From positions 1 through 64,000 of the forward strand of contig CAWEJX010000019.1 in the NCBI GenBank assembly GCA_963809485.1: a stretch of DNA of 64,000 bases, written 5' to 3'. The notes under the pieces are model-generated. The model was not told the origin of the DNA, did no database searches, and was given only the letters and a program-made list of their open reading frames with translations. This document shows positions 41,163-50,800 of the stretch, in pieces. The DNA comes from an uncultured Acidobacteriota bacterium (GTDB lineage: Bacteria; Acidobacteriota; UBA6911). Each line of letters starts with the position of its first letter. Position 1 is the first letter of the stretch. The translations under genes and the position numbers were made by a program.

Positions 41163-41915
41163 AAGAGAGTTTCCAGTTCAGAGTTTCCAGTTCCCGGTTG
41201 GATGTTTTAGGAGCCGGGAACTGAAAGCTAGGAACTCATAAAGCTTTGGGCAAGGAATAAAATAGAGTTCCCGGTTCCCGGCTGGGTGTTTTAACTGGGA
41301 ACTGGGAACTGGAAACTGGGAACTCATAAAGCGCTGGGCAAGGCATAAAAGAGAGTTTCCAGTTCAGAGTTTCCAGTTCCCGGCTGGGTGTTTTAACTGG
41401 GAACTGGGAACTGGAAACTGGGAACTCATAAAGCGCTGGGCAAGGCATAAAAGAGAGTTTCCAGTTCAGAGTTTCCAGTTCCCGGCTGGGTGTTTTAACT
41501 GGGAACTGGGAACTGGAAACTGGGAACTCATAAAGCGCTGGGCAAGGCATAAAAGAGAGTTTCCAGTTCAGAGTTTCCAGTTCCCGGCTGGATGTTTTAG
41601 GAACTGGGGACTGGAAACTAGGAACTCATAAAGCGCTGGGCAAGGCATAAAATAGAGTTTCCGGTTCCCGGCTGGGTGTTTTAACTGGGAACTGGGAACT
41701 GGAAACTGGGAACTCATAAAGCGCTGGGCAAGGCATAAAAGAGAGTTTCCAGTTCAGAGTTTCCAGTTCCCGGCTGGGTGTTTTGAACTGGGAACTGGAA
41801 ACTGGGAACTCATAAAGCGCTGGGCAAGGCATAAAAGAGAGTTTCCAGTTCAGAGTTTCCGGTTCCCGGCTGGGTGTTTTAACTGGGAACTGGGAACTGG
41901 AAACTGGGAACTCAT
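41142..41915. repeat. Tandem array of 8 hairpin-forming units (98,88,102,102,98,88,96,102 bp)
   Basis: Each unit starts AAAGCGCTGGGCAAGGCATAA (unit 2 slightly divergent) and contains TTTCCAG/GAACTGG heptamer inverted arms; starts at 41142, 41240, 41328, 41430, 41532, 41630, 41718, 41814. Confidence 0.92.
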
Positions 41916-41927
41916 AGGAGAGATGAG

Positions 41928-42878
41928 ATGAAAGCATTCAACCATACGAACGCAAAGACCCTGGCGGAAGCCAGAACCGCCCTCGCCGGCGGCAAAGCCA
42001 ACCTGATTGCCGGCGGCACTGATCTGATCGGTACGCTCAAGGACAACATCCTTCCCGCCTACCCCGCTACCCTGGTCAACATCAAGACCATCGTCCCTGG
42101 GCTCGACTACATCAAGGAGGAGGCGGGCATGCTCAAGGTCGGCGCCACCACGCGCCTGGCCGACATCGCCTCCAGTCCCGTCGTCAATCAAAAGTACACA
42201 GCCCTCGCCCAGGCAGCTTCAAGGGTGGGCACGCCGCATGTCCGGGACATGGCCACCATCGGCGGCAACATCGCCCAATTGCACCGCTGCTGGTATTTCC
42301 GCAAGCCGGAGAACCGGTTCAACTGCATCCGCAAGGGCGGGACCACCTGCTTTGCCATGACGGGCGACAACCGATACCACTCGATCTTCGGCAACGTCAA
42401 CCGCTGCATCGCCGTCCATCCCAGCGACGTGGCCCCCGCGCTCATCGCTCTGGACGCGAAAGTGGTCACCAACAAGCGCACGATCGATGCGGAGAATTTC
42501 TTTGACGTCAAGTTCCCGGGCAACACGGTCCTGGCCGTCGATGAGATCGTCACCGAGATCCGCGTCCCGGCTCCCCCGGCCGGAGCGAAGAGCGCCTTTA
42601 TCAAGTTCGCCATCCGCAAGTCGATCGATTTCCCGATCGTCAACTGCGCCGTGAGGGTGGGCGGCGCGACGCCGCGCATCTGCCTCAACGCGGTCGCGCC
42701 CAAGCCCTACCGCGCGCTCAAGGCGGAGGCGGCCATCGCGGGTAAGCCCATCAATGAGGCGAATGCGGAGGCGGCGGGCGCGGCGGCCGTGGAAGACGCC
42801 AAACCGCTTCAGGCGACCAAGTACAAAGTCCAGCTGGCCAAAGTCATGGTCAAACGGGCCCTTCTGGCAACCGTCTGA
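41928..42878 (+). CDS. XO-family FAD subunit with [4Fe-4S] insert (PaoB/HcrB-like)
   Basis: IAGGTDL, ATIGGNIAQ, CWYFR..CIRKGGTTC..CIAVHPSD, IRKSIDF. Confidence 0.9.
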   Translation: MKAFNHTNAKTLAEARTALAGGKANLIAGGTDLIGTLKDNILPAYPATLVNIKTIVPGLDYIKEEAGMLKVGATTRLADIASSPVVNQKYTALAQAASRVGTPHVRDMATIGGNIAQLHRCWYFRKPENRFNCIRKGGTTCFAMTGDNRYHSIFGNVNRCIAVHPSDVAPALIALDAKVVTNKRTIDAENFFDVKFPGNTVLAVDEIVTEIRVPAPPAGAKSAFIKFAIRKSIDFPIVNCAVRVGGATPRICLNAVAPKPYRALKAEAAIAGKPINEANAEAAGAAAVEDAKPLQATKYKVQLAKVMVKRALLATV

Positions 42879-43021
42879 TCTGAGATTCCTGATTCGAGAT
42901 TCGAGGTTGGCATCATTCAATCTCGAATCTCGAACGGTAACTGTCCATTTAGCCTGCAATACTCTCCCCGCATATCTGATCCCACGCAAAATATTCAGCT
43001 CTTGGCCTACGCCGTAAATTT

Positions 43022-43144
43022 TCGTGAGAACCGCTCTCCAGAGCGGTTCGATTCGGGGACTATCAAGTTATACCCCAATCGGACCGGTCTGGAGACCGGT
43101 CCTCACGATTTAGCATTACAGGACGGGTTTGGAGACCCGCCCTA
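43022..43144. repeat. REP-like palindrome cluster
   Basis: TCGTGAGAACCGCTCTCCAGAGCGGTTC inverse to GGACCGGTCTGGAGACCGGTCCTCACGA, third unit GGACGGGTTTGGAGACCCGCCC. Confidence 0.65.
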
Positions 43145-43288
43145 AGTAAAAGCCAAATCCACTAAATGCGCATCCATTCGGGGCTTCTTTCAGCTTTCCT
43201 TTGAAGTGCGGCTGGTGGATATTTTTCTGTTCTGATACCATTCCAGACGATGTCGCCGAAGACGGCGTGCCCGGAGGGTATAGTGGGG

Positions 43289-44566
43289 ATGGATGCCCCG
43301 GCAAAAGGCCTGACCGATGCACCGAATTGGGCGGAAGCGCTGGGCAATTCATTGGGCATTGCGCTGCGAACCCTCTGGGCTCATAAGCTGCGTTCGATCC
43401 TCACGGTTTTGGGCATTGTCATCGGAATCGCGGCGGTTGTCCTGATTGGGGCGACATTGGGGGTTGTCCGGGATTTAGCGGCCGAAAGCACCGCTCGGAC
43501 AATCGGCGCGGACACATTTATCATTGCCCAGGTGGCGTCTGTGGGCAACCTCAGCCGCAAAGAGCTTTCGGATAAGCTGCGCAAAAATCCCGAAATTTAC
43601 CGCCGGGAGGCAGAGGCGCTGGCCGCGCGCGTGAATGCCGGCACTCTCTTGGCGTCCGGCCTGGAGGAAATCGCCGATGTCAAGGCCGGAAACGATACTT
43701 TCCTGGCCGCATCGATCGCCGGCGTCACGGAAAACATCCAGGCCATCCGCAATCTCGCGCTCAGCGGCGGCCGCTTCTTCACGGAAACCGAGAACAGGCG
43801 GTCGCTCAGGGTTGCGGTGATAGGGCAGGATCTGGTCAAGGAACTCTTCCCGTCCACGGATCCCATCGGCAAACGCATCCGGATCAGGGGGCAGTCCTTT
43901 CTGGTGATAGGCATTCTGGAGAAACAGGGCTCGGCCTTCGGCTCGTCCCTCGACCGGCTTGTCTATATTCCCTTGCTCGCATTTGAAAAAATCTGGGGCA
44001 GCCGGCGTTCGGTGACAATTTATGTGAAGCGGGACGCGCCGGCCTTGCTTGACGAAGTCCAGGAGCAGGTGCGCGTTTCCATGCGTACTCTTCGCCGCCT
44101 GAAACCCGATGAGCCCGACAACTTCGATGTACTGGCTCCCGAGGCCGGCCGCAGCTTCCTGGTCCGCGTCATCGGAATAGTCTCCATGGCCATCGTGCCG
44201 ATCAGTTCCGTAGCCCTGATTGTTGCCGGCATTGTCGTAATGAACATGATGCTTGTTTCCGTGACGGAACGGACAAGAGAGATCGGGATCCGCAAATGTC
44301 TGGGGGCCAGGAGCCGCGATATCCTGGCTGAGATCCTGTTTGAGTCCACCATCCTGAGCTTTCTTGGCGGCGCCGCGGGCCTTTTCATCTCCTATCTTGG
44401 AACCATCGGATTGAGCCGCGCCTTCGCCACCGGGGTGGATATTCCCCTGAGCTACACGCTGATGGCTATGGGCACCGCCATCACAATCGGGCTCGGCGCC
44501 GGTTTTTATCCGGCATACCTTGCTTCCCGGATGCCTCCGGTCGAAGCTCTTCGATACGAGACATGA
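43289..44566 (+). CDS. MacB/FtsX-type ABC transporter permease (start approximate)
   Basis: KLRSILTVLGIVIG, GRFFTE, VMNMMLVSVTERTREIGIRK, PVEALRYE. Confidence 0.9.
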   Translation: MDAPAKGLTDAPNWAEALGNSLGIALRTLWAHKLRSILTVLGIVIGIAAVVLIGATLGVVRDLAAESTARTIGADTFIIAQVASVGNLSRKELSDKLRKNPEIYRREAEALAARVNAGTLLASGLEEIADVKAGNDTFLAASIAGVTENIQAIRNLALSGGRFFTETENRRSLRVAVIGQDLVKELFPSTDPIGKRIRIRGQSFLVIGILEKQGSAFGSSLDRLVYIPLLAFEKIWGSRRSVTIYVKRDAPALLDEVQEQVRVSMRTLRRLKPDEPDNFDVLAPEAGRSFLVRVIGIVSMAIVPISSVALIVAGIVVMNMMLVSVTERTREIGIRKCLGARSRDILAEILFESTILSFLGGAAGLFISYLGTIGLSRAFATGVDIPLSYTLMAMGTAITIGLGAGFYPAYLASRMPPVEALRYET

Positions 44567-45822
44567 AACAGATCCACTTCAAAAGGGAGAATCTGAGCTT
44601 CGCTTTGGCGAATATCATGGCGCACAGGTTCCGTTCGCTTCTGACGGTGCTCGGGATCATCGTGGGCATCGTTACAGTCGTGCTGGTGGCTTCGGTTTTG
44701 GTCGGAGTGCGGCGCAATATTGCCCTCTTATTCCAGGAGTTCGGGCCGAATAACATATTTGCCTATCATTTGAATGGTGATCCCGGCAGTCCCACAATCC
44801 GCCCCGAAGAAATAACCCGCAAGCCTTTGAAGGCGGAATTCGCGCACAAACTTGCGGAGGCATGCCCATCTTTGAAGGATGCGGCTGCGCAGATCCTCGT
44901 TCCGAACCTCGCGAATGGCCGGGCTCTGACGGCACGATACAAGGACCTGGAAAATGAAAACATCCAGGTGCAGGGCGCTACCTGGAACTTTTCCCGGGTA
45001 ACCAATGCTGAGTTGCAGTCAGGCAGAGTCTATACGCTCGAGGAAGAGCAGCGTCGCGCCAAAGTCTGTGTTTTGGGCGCCAACGTCAGCGCCTCCCTTT
45101 TCCCGGGGGGGAATGCCGTCGGACACAGTATTGTCATGGATGGGGCCGTCTACCGCGTGCTGGGTGTTTTTGAAAAGCGCAAGGGCGGTTTCTTCGGCGA
45201 GAACAGGCAGGATAATGTGGTCATGATCCCCCTCAAAACCATTCAAATGCGCTATCCCAATGCCGAAACGGTAGTGTTGTACTGCCAGGCAAGTCCGGGC
45301 CTGCGCGACGTTGCGCTGTATGAGGTTGAAGCGGAACTGCGCAGATTGCGCGGCCTCAAATCGGGGGAGGAGACGAATTTTACCTTGAGCACTTCCGATT
45401 CGATTATTCAGCAGATAAACCGCATCACGGGATTGATACAAACAGGCACGCTGGCAATATCGGGCCTCGGACTGCTGGTGGGCGGCGTGGGCGTTATGAA
45501 CATAATGCTTATGTCGGTGACGCAGCGCACGCGGGAGATCGGTGTGCGCAGAGCCGTCGGGGCGCGCCGGCGGGATATCATCTGGCAGTTCCTTCTTGAA
45601 GCGGCGCTGCTGACCACCATCGGCGGTGCAATGGGGGTTTCCATGGCAGGACTTCTGGGACTTGTCCTGGCCTATTTTGTTCCCAACCTGCCGGCAATCC
45701 CGCCGGCCTGGGCGGTTTTCTCCGGCCTGGGTGTTTCGACAGGGGTCGGAATCGTCTTCGGACTCTGGCCCGCGGTCAAAGCCGCGCGTCTGGACCCCGT
45801 GGAGTCGCTCCGCTACGAGTAG
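44563..45822 (+). CDS. MacB/FtsX-type ABC transporter permease
   Basis: RSLLTVLGIIVG, GGVGVMNIMLMSVTQRTREIG, LDPVESLRYE. Confidence 0.9.
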   Translation: MKQIHFKRENLSFALANIMAHRFRSLLTVLGIIVGIVTVVLVASVLVGVRRNIALLFQEFGPNNIFAYHLNGDPGSPTIRPEEITRKPLKAEFAHKLAEACPSLKDAAAQILVPNLANGRALTARYKDLENENIQVQGATWNFSRVTNAELQSGRVYTLEEEQRRAKVCVLGANVSASLFPGGNAVGHSIVMDGAVYRVLGVFEKRKGGFFGENRQDNVVMIPLKTIQMRYPNAETVVLYCQASPGLRDVALYEVEAELRRLRGLKSGEETNFTLSTSDSIIQQINRITGLIQTGTLAISGLGLLVGGVGVMNIMLMSVTQRTREIGVRRAVGARRRDIIWQFLLEAALLTTIGGAMGVSMAGLLGLVLAYFVPNLPAIPPAWAVFSGLGVSTGVGIVFGLWPAVKAARLDPVESLRYE

Positions 45823-45960
45823 CGAGCCCGCTGCCGTTGGGTTTCGCAAAATACTTCAATACATCGGTGAGTCCTCCGGCTATTATCTTGCTGTTACCTC
45901 ATGTGAGATTGTGGCTTTCAAGATAGATCGGGTTAGCATTTATATATTGTTTGGAACTCG

Positions 45961-47178
45961 ATGGCAGGTAGTTTGACAATAAAAAAATTTTGGGCTCAGC
46001 ATGATAAAGCGCTGCTGCGCGCTGCAATCTCAATAATGCTGGTCGCTTCATTGGTGTGGCTGGGCTATGAATTCTGGCGGCTCTGGCAGCCGGCTTTGAA
46101 AGGCGGGGTAGACCTGAGGCTTCTCCATGGATTTACCCGCGACTGGTTTGCCGGCAGGCCTATATACAGCGAATCGCATAGTGCGGTTTATCCGCCCGCC
46201 ACCTACGCCATTCTCTGGTCTATGCTGGGCTGGACGACGTTGCCGGTTGCCAAATTTCTCTATGCCGCGTCCGCGCTTTTCACTCTGGCATTGTGCATGA
46301 GTCTTGTAGTCCGGGAGTGCCGTGCGGAGGGATTTCTTCAGAGAACTTTCACCGCCCTAATCCCCGCCTCCATGTACGCTGCAGGAGCGGCCATCGGCAA
46401 TGGGCAGTTTACCATTCATGTTATTGCCCTGCTTATAGCAGGCTTGCTTCTGGCGGCGAGAGAACAGCGGGGGTTGCGTTTTTATCTTTTCGCACCGGCG
46501 CTCGTGTTGATGGCTTTTGTCAAACCCAACATCGCGGGATACTTTTTCTGGATTCTGCTGTTTGTCCCCCGTTCCCCGCTGCCGGCTTTGTTTGTCGCAG
46601 CGGGATATGCTTCCCTCACTATTTTTGCAGCGGTATTCCAGAGATCCGATTTTGTGTCGCTGATTCGTGATCTGCTTGTTCGCGGTTCGTTTGTCGGCAT
46701 CCGCGGCAGCGAAACGGGCAATGTGGCAAACCTCCATATCTGGCTTAACCGAATCGGCCTGGCGGAATGGAATCTACCGATAACCCTGGCAGTGCTGACG
46801 GCTCTCGGATTCTGGATTTACCGTCACCGCCGTGTAGAGCCATGGGTCCTGCTGGGAGTGACTGCCTATATTGCCCGGATGACGGCCTATCATCGCTGGT
46901 ATGACGACATGCTGATTTTGCTGCCGATGGTCGCCCTTTTTCTCATAGCCAGGGAGCGGTCGGCCGAATCCAGCGCCGGTATCGTTGCCGGGACCTTGCT
47001 GGCCGCTACGATGCTCGCATCCCTGGCTCCCGGGGGCCTGTTCCTTTTCCCTGCACCATGGAATTCTTTTTATGTGGCGGGGCAGGTGGTGGTGTGGATC
47101 GCGGGACTGATTTTTCTGCTCCGGCAGGCATGCGTTGAAAGGAAACGTATCATCGAAGTCGATTTGCCGAAATATTGA
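45961..47178 (+). CDS. GT-C fold membrane glycosyltransferase (GT87/DUF2029-like)
   Basis: Polytopic; VDL, YPPAT, GNGQ, VKP, YHRWYD motifs. Confidence 0.7.
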   Translation: MAGSLTIKKFWAQHDKALLRAAISIMLVASLVWLGYEFWRLWQPALKGGVDLRLLHGFTRDWFAGRPIYSESHSAVYPPATYAILWSMLGWTTLPVAKFLYAASALFTLALCMSLVVRECRAEGFLQRTFTALIPASMYAAGAAIGNGQFTIHVIALLIAGLLLAAREQRGLRFYLFAPALVLMAFVKPNIAGYFFWILLFVPRSPLPALFVAAGYASLTIFAAVFQRSDFVSLIRDLLVRGSFVGIRGSETGNVANLHIWLNRIGLAEWNLPITLAVLTALGFWIYRHRRVEPWVLLGVTAYIARMTAYHRWYDDMLILLPMVALFLIARERSAESSAGIVAGTLLAATMLASLAPGGLFLFPAPWNSFYVAGQVVVWIAGLIFLLRQACVERKRIIEVDLPKY

Positions 47179-47233
47179 ATATCGAACTGCAGAAGGCTTC
47201 GAAATTCGTCATTCGATATTCTGCGGTTCAAAA
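47172..47233. repeat. Heptamer-based inverted repeat, family shared with 61350-61540
   Basis: CTTCGAAATTCGTCATTCGATATTCTGCGGTTC matches reverse complement of the 61353-61393 segment. Confidence 0.65.
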
Positions 47234-47305
47234 AGCCGGGAAGAGAATTGTTGCACAGGAAACTGCTTTTATGAGGGCCAGGCCAAATACAGGGGATGGG
47301 CATTC

Positions 47306-48004
47306 ATGAGCCGATACCACAAAGCGTTGCTTGCGGTTTTCGCAATTGTCTGGATATGGGCGGCCATTCAGCCCAAATACCCGGATGACTGGCTTCTGGA
47401 AAACATCCTGGTATTTGTGTCGGTGCCGGCTATTGTGCTGGCGGGCTATTATTTCAGACTGTCCAATCTTTCCTACACGCTGATAACAGTCTTCATGGTC
47501 CTGCACCTGATTGGCTCGCACTACACGTATGCGGAGGTGCCGTTCGGATATGTGCTGCAAAGCTGGCTGGGTGCCAGCCGCAATATGTACGACCGGATGG
47601 TCCATTTCTCTTTCGGGCTTTTGCTCGCATACCCGGTCCGCGAGATTTTTATGAGACTGGCCCACGTCAAGGGTTTCTGGAGCTTTTATCTGCCGCTCGA
47701 TGTGGCTTTATCGCTTTCCGCCGTCTATGAGGTGATGGAATGGTGGACCGCTGAAGCAGTCAGCCCGGGAGCGGGACTCGCGTTTCTGGGAACCCAGGGC
47801 GATGTGTGGGACGCACAAAAGGATATGCTAGCCGCCGGCACCGGCGCCCTGATCGCCATGCTTATCATCGCGGCGATTAACTGGAAATATGATCCTGCCT
47901 TTGCCCGGGAAATGCGCCAGAGCTTTATCATTCAAAAAGGAGACCGCCCACTGGGGGAAGTCCGTTTTCGCGAACTGCTCAAAAGATGGCGGAAGCGAAG
48001 GTAG
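47306..48004 (+). CDS. DUF2238/YjdF inner-membrane protein
   Basis: WLLEN, HYTYAEVPFG, RNMYDRMVH, YEVMEW, FLGTQGDVWDAQKDM. Confidence 0.88.
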   Translation: MSRYHKALLAVFAIVWIWAAIQPKYPDDWLLENILVFVSVPAIVLAGYYFRLSNLSYTLITVFMVLHLIGSHYTYAEVPFGYVLQSWLGASRNMYDRMVHFSFGLLLAYPVREIFMRLAHVKGFWSFYLPLDVALSLSAVYEVMEWWTAEAVSPGAGLAFLGTQGDVWDAQKDMLAAGTGALIAMLIIAAINWKYDPAFAREMRQSFIIQKGDRPLGEVRFRELLKRWRKRR

Positions 48005-48292
48005 CCGCGGGCGGCCACACTTGAATCAACTGGCGCAATAATTACCTGTACGAGTTTGCCGCGCAACTGCTTATCCGCTGATCGTGGCTGGCTGCTGTTT
48101 TGGCCTCGCGCTGTGGGGCAGACCGGACGGGCGGCGATGGATAGCCACGGCTTACAGGTTCCGCGTTGCAGACTCCAAATCACCTCAAAACCTATAACCT
48201 GCAACCCGGAACCCGAACCGATGCGCACCGAATCACGGAATCCTGTGAGAAATTCCGGCAAGTGCTGTAGTCTGAAGGAGGACTGACGGTTG

Positions 48293-48619
48293 TTACCAGC
48301 GGGGTTCGCGATGTCCCCCCTGGCCTCCTCGATTGCCTCCCCTGCCGCCGCCAAAGCCTCCGCGGCGCTCGGTCTTGGGCCTGGCCTCATTCACGGTCAG
48401 ATTGCGTCCTTCCACCGAAAAGGAGTTCAGTTCCTCGATCGCTTTCAGGGCTTCCGGATCATTCGCCATTTCAACGAAGGCAAATCCCCGGGACCTTCCG
48501 GTCTCGACGTCGCGCATCACCGTCACCGAGTCCACTGCACCCTTCTGAGCGAATAATTCCCTAAGTTCGGTTTCGCCCATAGAGAACGGAAGATTGCCGA
48601 CAAATATTTTCTTTCCCAT
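48293..48619 (-). CDS. RRM RNA-binding protein with Gly-rich tail
   Basis: RNP2 IFVGNL, RNP1 RGFAFVEM, VNEARP. Confidence 0.92.
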   Translation of the reverse strand: MGKKIFVGNLPFSMGETELRELFAQKGAVDSVTVMRDVETGRSRGFAFVEMANDPEALKAIEELNSFSVEGRNLTVNEARPKTERRGGFGGGRGGNRGGQGGHREPRW

Positions 48620-48874
48620 CTCAACACCCTCCATAGCGCCGGCTGGATTCGAGCTCCGGCAAATTGAAAACTGAAAGCGCCTGCGGCCCAGGCCAGTTGC
48701 ATGCGATGGATTGCGGCTCAATGCAGGATTGAATGGGAATGGACGAGCCAACTGTCTTATTCTGACTCTCCGTGCCGTGCAAGCAGTGTGCGTTTTCCAC
48801 CGGACAGTCCAAAGCTACCATGAATGAAGTATAAGATACAATGGAAACGTCATCCCCGGCGGCGCATCAGCCAA

Positions 48875-49265
48875 TAATTCCATTGGTAAACCCACGGCTC
48901 TGCCGGGGGACCCATAGAGTTTGACAGCTCCGTATTTTGAAACACTGAGATACGCTGACAAACGTCGGTTTGTTCGGCGAGGGTCGGCGAGCAAAAGCCG
49001 ATGAGGCGCTTCCGATGGAGTTTTCTGCGGCGGCACTGTGGCAAACGCCGTGCGGCAAGGAGATGGAGGTTATGAGAAACCGGGCGTTTGCCACAGTGCC
49101 GCCGCAGAAAACTGTCCAGCGCGGAGCGCTGGCCCCTGAGGGGATCGGAAGCGCCTCATCGGCTTTTGCCCGCGTAAGTCAGCGTTCAAGACCAGCGTAA
49201 CTCCCCCAACCGCCTTGAGCGGTTCCAATCTTTCAAGCCTCCGGCTTTGCCGGAGGTGCCTGACT
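48875..49265 (+). mobile_element. IS200/IS605-like MITE, copy C (longest; nested internal inverted repeats)
   Basis: Same TAATT..TTGGTAAA left end and GGAGGTGCCTGACT right end as copies A and B. Confidence 0.72.
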
Positions 49266-49547
49266 TGGGTTCCAGGTTTCAGGCCGCAGATCACAAATTC
49301 CGACAGCAAGTCTCGGGCGCAGGCCTCAATTAAAAAATTTTTAGAGAGGAGCGAAATATTGGAGCATTTGCGGGGTATATATGGATATGGGCAAGTGAAT
49401 GACCGTTCCCGTGCGTTTTTAGCTCCTGCTCAAGTTCGACACTTGCCCATCTTCCTTCTGAAATACGTAAACCCTTTTATCGGTTTTGCTTAGCTTCGTT
49501 CTGACAAAAACGCCGCTATTGTTCTGCCATGCCCGCGGCGGACGCAG

Positions 49548-50645
49548 CTAGATTCCCAGAGAAATGCCTATTCCCTGGGCGGCTTTGACCAGCGGATGGT
49601 CCAGGCTGACAAAATTATAGTTGGCGATGGCTTCCTTAAGCGGCACAGAAACTATATGGAGGTGGCGGTAAGACACCATATAGCCGAACTTGCCCTCTTT
49701 CACCAGCTCCACTGCTTTGACCCCAAACTGGGTGGCAAGAATGCGATCATAGGCGATGGGGCTGCCGCCGCGCTGGATGTGCCCGAGCACTGTGACACGG
49801 GTGTCCACGTCCAACAGGGCTTTGAGCTGCTTTTGAAGAACATAACCTACTCCACCAAGCACCTGGTCCTGGCGTCCGGCTTCATCGCTTTTGCTGGCCA
49901 CTACCGAGCCGCCCTGAGCCATGGCTCCTTCGGCAATCACGATTATGGCGTGGCCTTTGCCTCGGCTGATACGGCCTTTCAGTATGTCTACCACCTTATT
50001 CACGTCATATGGAATTTCGGGAATCAGGACGATTTCGGCTCCGCCGGCCAGAGCGGCACTAAGGGCAATCCAGCCGGCGCCTCTGCCCATTACTTCCAGA
50101 ATCATCACCCGGTGGTGGCTGGATGCGGTTGTGACCAGCCGATCCACAGCCTCGGTGGCGATTTCCACTGCTGTCTGGTATCCGAATGTGAAATCAGTGG
50201 AGGATAGATCGTTGTCGATGGTTTTCGGCACGCCCACGATGTTCAGACCCTTTTCAAAGAGCTGCTGAGATATTTTCTGGGAGCCGTCGCCGCCGATGCT
50301 GATGACGGCATCGATCCCCTGGTATTGGAGGCGCCTCAGCAGGTCGTCGGAGCGGTCCACGGTGGTCCAAGCGCCATCCGGTTGTTTCACCGGCCAGGCG
50401 AAGGGCCCGCCTTTATTGGTGGTGCCGATGATGGTGCCGCCCATGACGTGAATTCCGGCAACCTTGCGCGCATCCAGGGGAACGAGTTCCATGGGTTCCT
50501 TAAGGATACCGTTATACGCGTTGATGCTGCCCACCACTTCCCAGTCGTACTCCTGGGATGCCCGCCGGACGATGGCGCGGATGACTGCATTTAATCCGGG
50601 GCAATCCCCGCCGCCGGTTACGACCAAGATGCGCTTGCCTGCCAT
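49548..50645 (-). CDS. pfkA: 6-phosphofructokinase (PfkA family, GGDGS/PKTIDND, probably ATP-dependent group III)
   Basis: GGGDCPGLN, GGTIIGT, GGDGS, PKTIDND, EVMGR, GHIQRGG. Confidence 0.88.
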   Translation of the reverse strand: MAGKRILVVTGGGDCPGLNAVIRAIVRRASQEYDWEVVGSINAYNGILKEPMELVPLDARKVAGIHVMGGTIIGTTNKGGPFAWPVKQPDGAWTTVDRSDDLLRRLQYQGIDAVISIGGDGSQKISQQLFEKGLNIVGVPKTIDNDLSSTDFTFGYQTAVEIATEAVDRLVTTASSHHRVMILEVMGRGAGWIALSAALAGGAEIVLIPEIPYDVNKVVDILKGRISRGKGHAIIVIAEGAMAQGGSVVASKSDEAGRQDQVLGGVGYVLQKQLKALLDVDTRVTVLGHIQRGGSPIAYDRILATQFGVKAVELVKEGKFGYMVSYRHLHIVSVPLKEAIANYNFVSLDHPLVKAAQGIGISLGI

Positions 50646-50800
50646 AACATTTCCTCCGGATTGATGTTGCCTATTAAATCCATTTACAATTCCCAAAGCA
50701 GCGTCTGGGGAGCCTCAGAGTTTGACGAAACCGGGATCAGGTAAGGTCGAAGTAAGCCAAAAAAGCGCTGACGAAAGCTGACAGCCAATCAGAGAAGCTG

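Noticed and set aside
41142-41915. CRISPR array, and the repetitive minus-strand ORFs 41236-41550 and 41626-41937
   Set aside because: No unique spacers and no cas genes; the ORFs are translations of the DNA repeat with non-uniform unit lengths
43250-45822. MacB permease pair without ATPase as a novel system
   Set aside because: Orphan MacB-type permease pairs sharing a distant ATPase are common
50706-50727. Fourth MITE copy (GGGGAGCCTCAGAGTTTGAC)
   Set aside because: Only a short partial match to the left end, without the hairpin or right end
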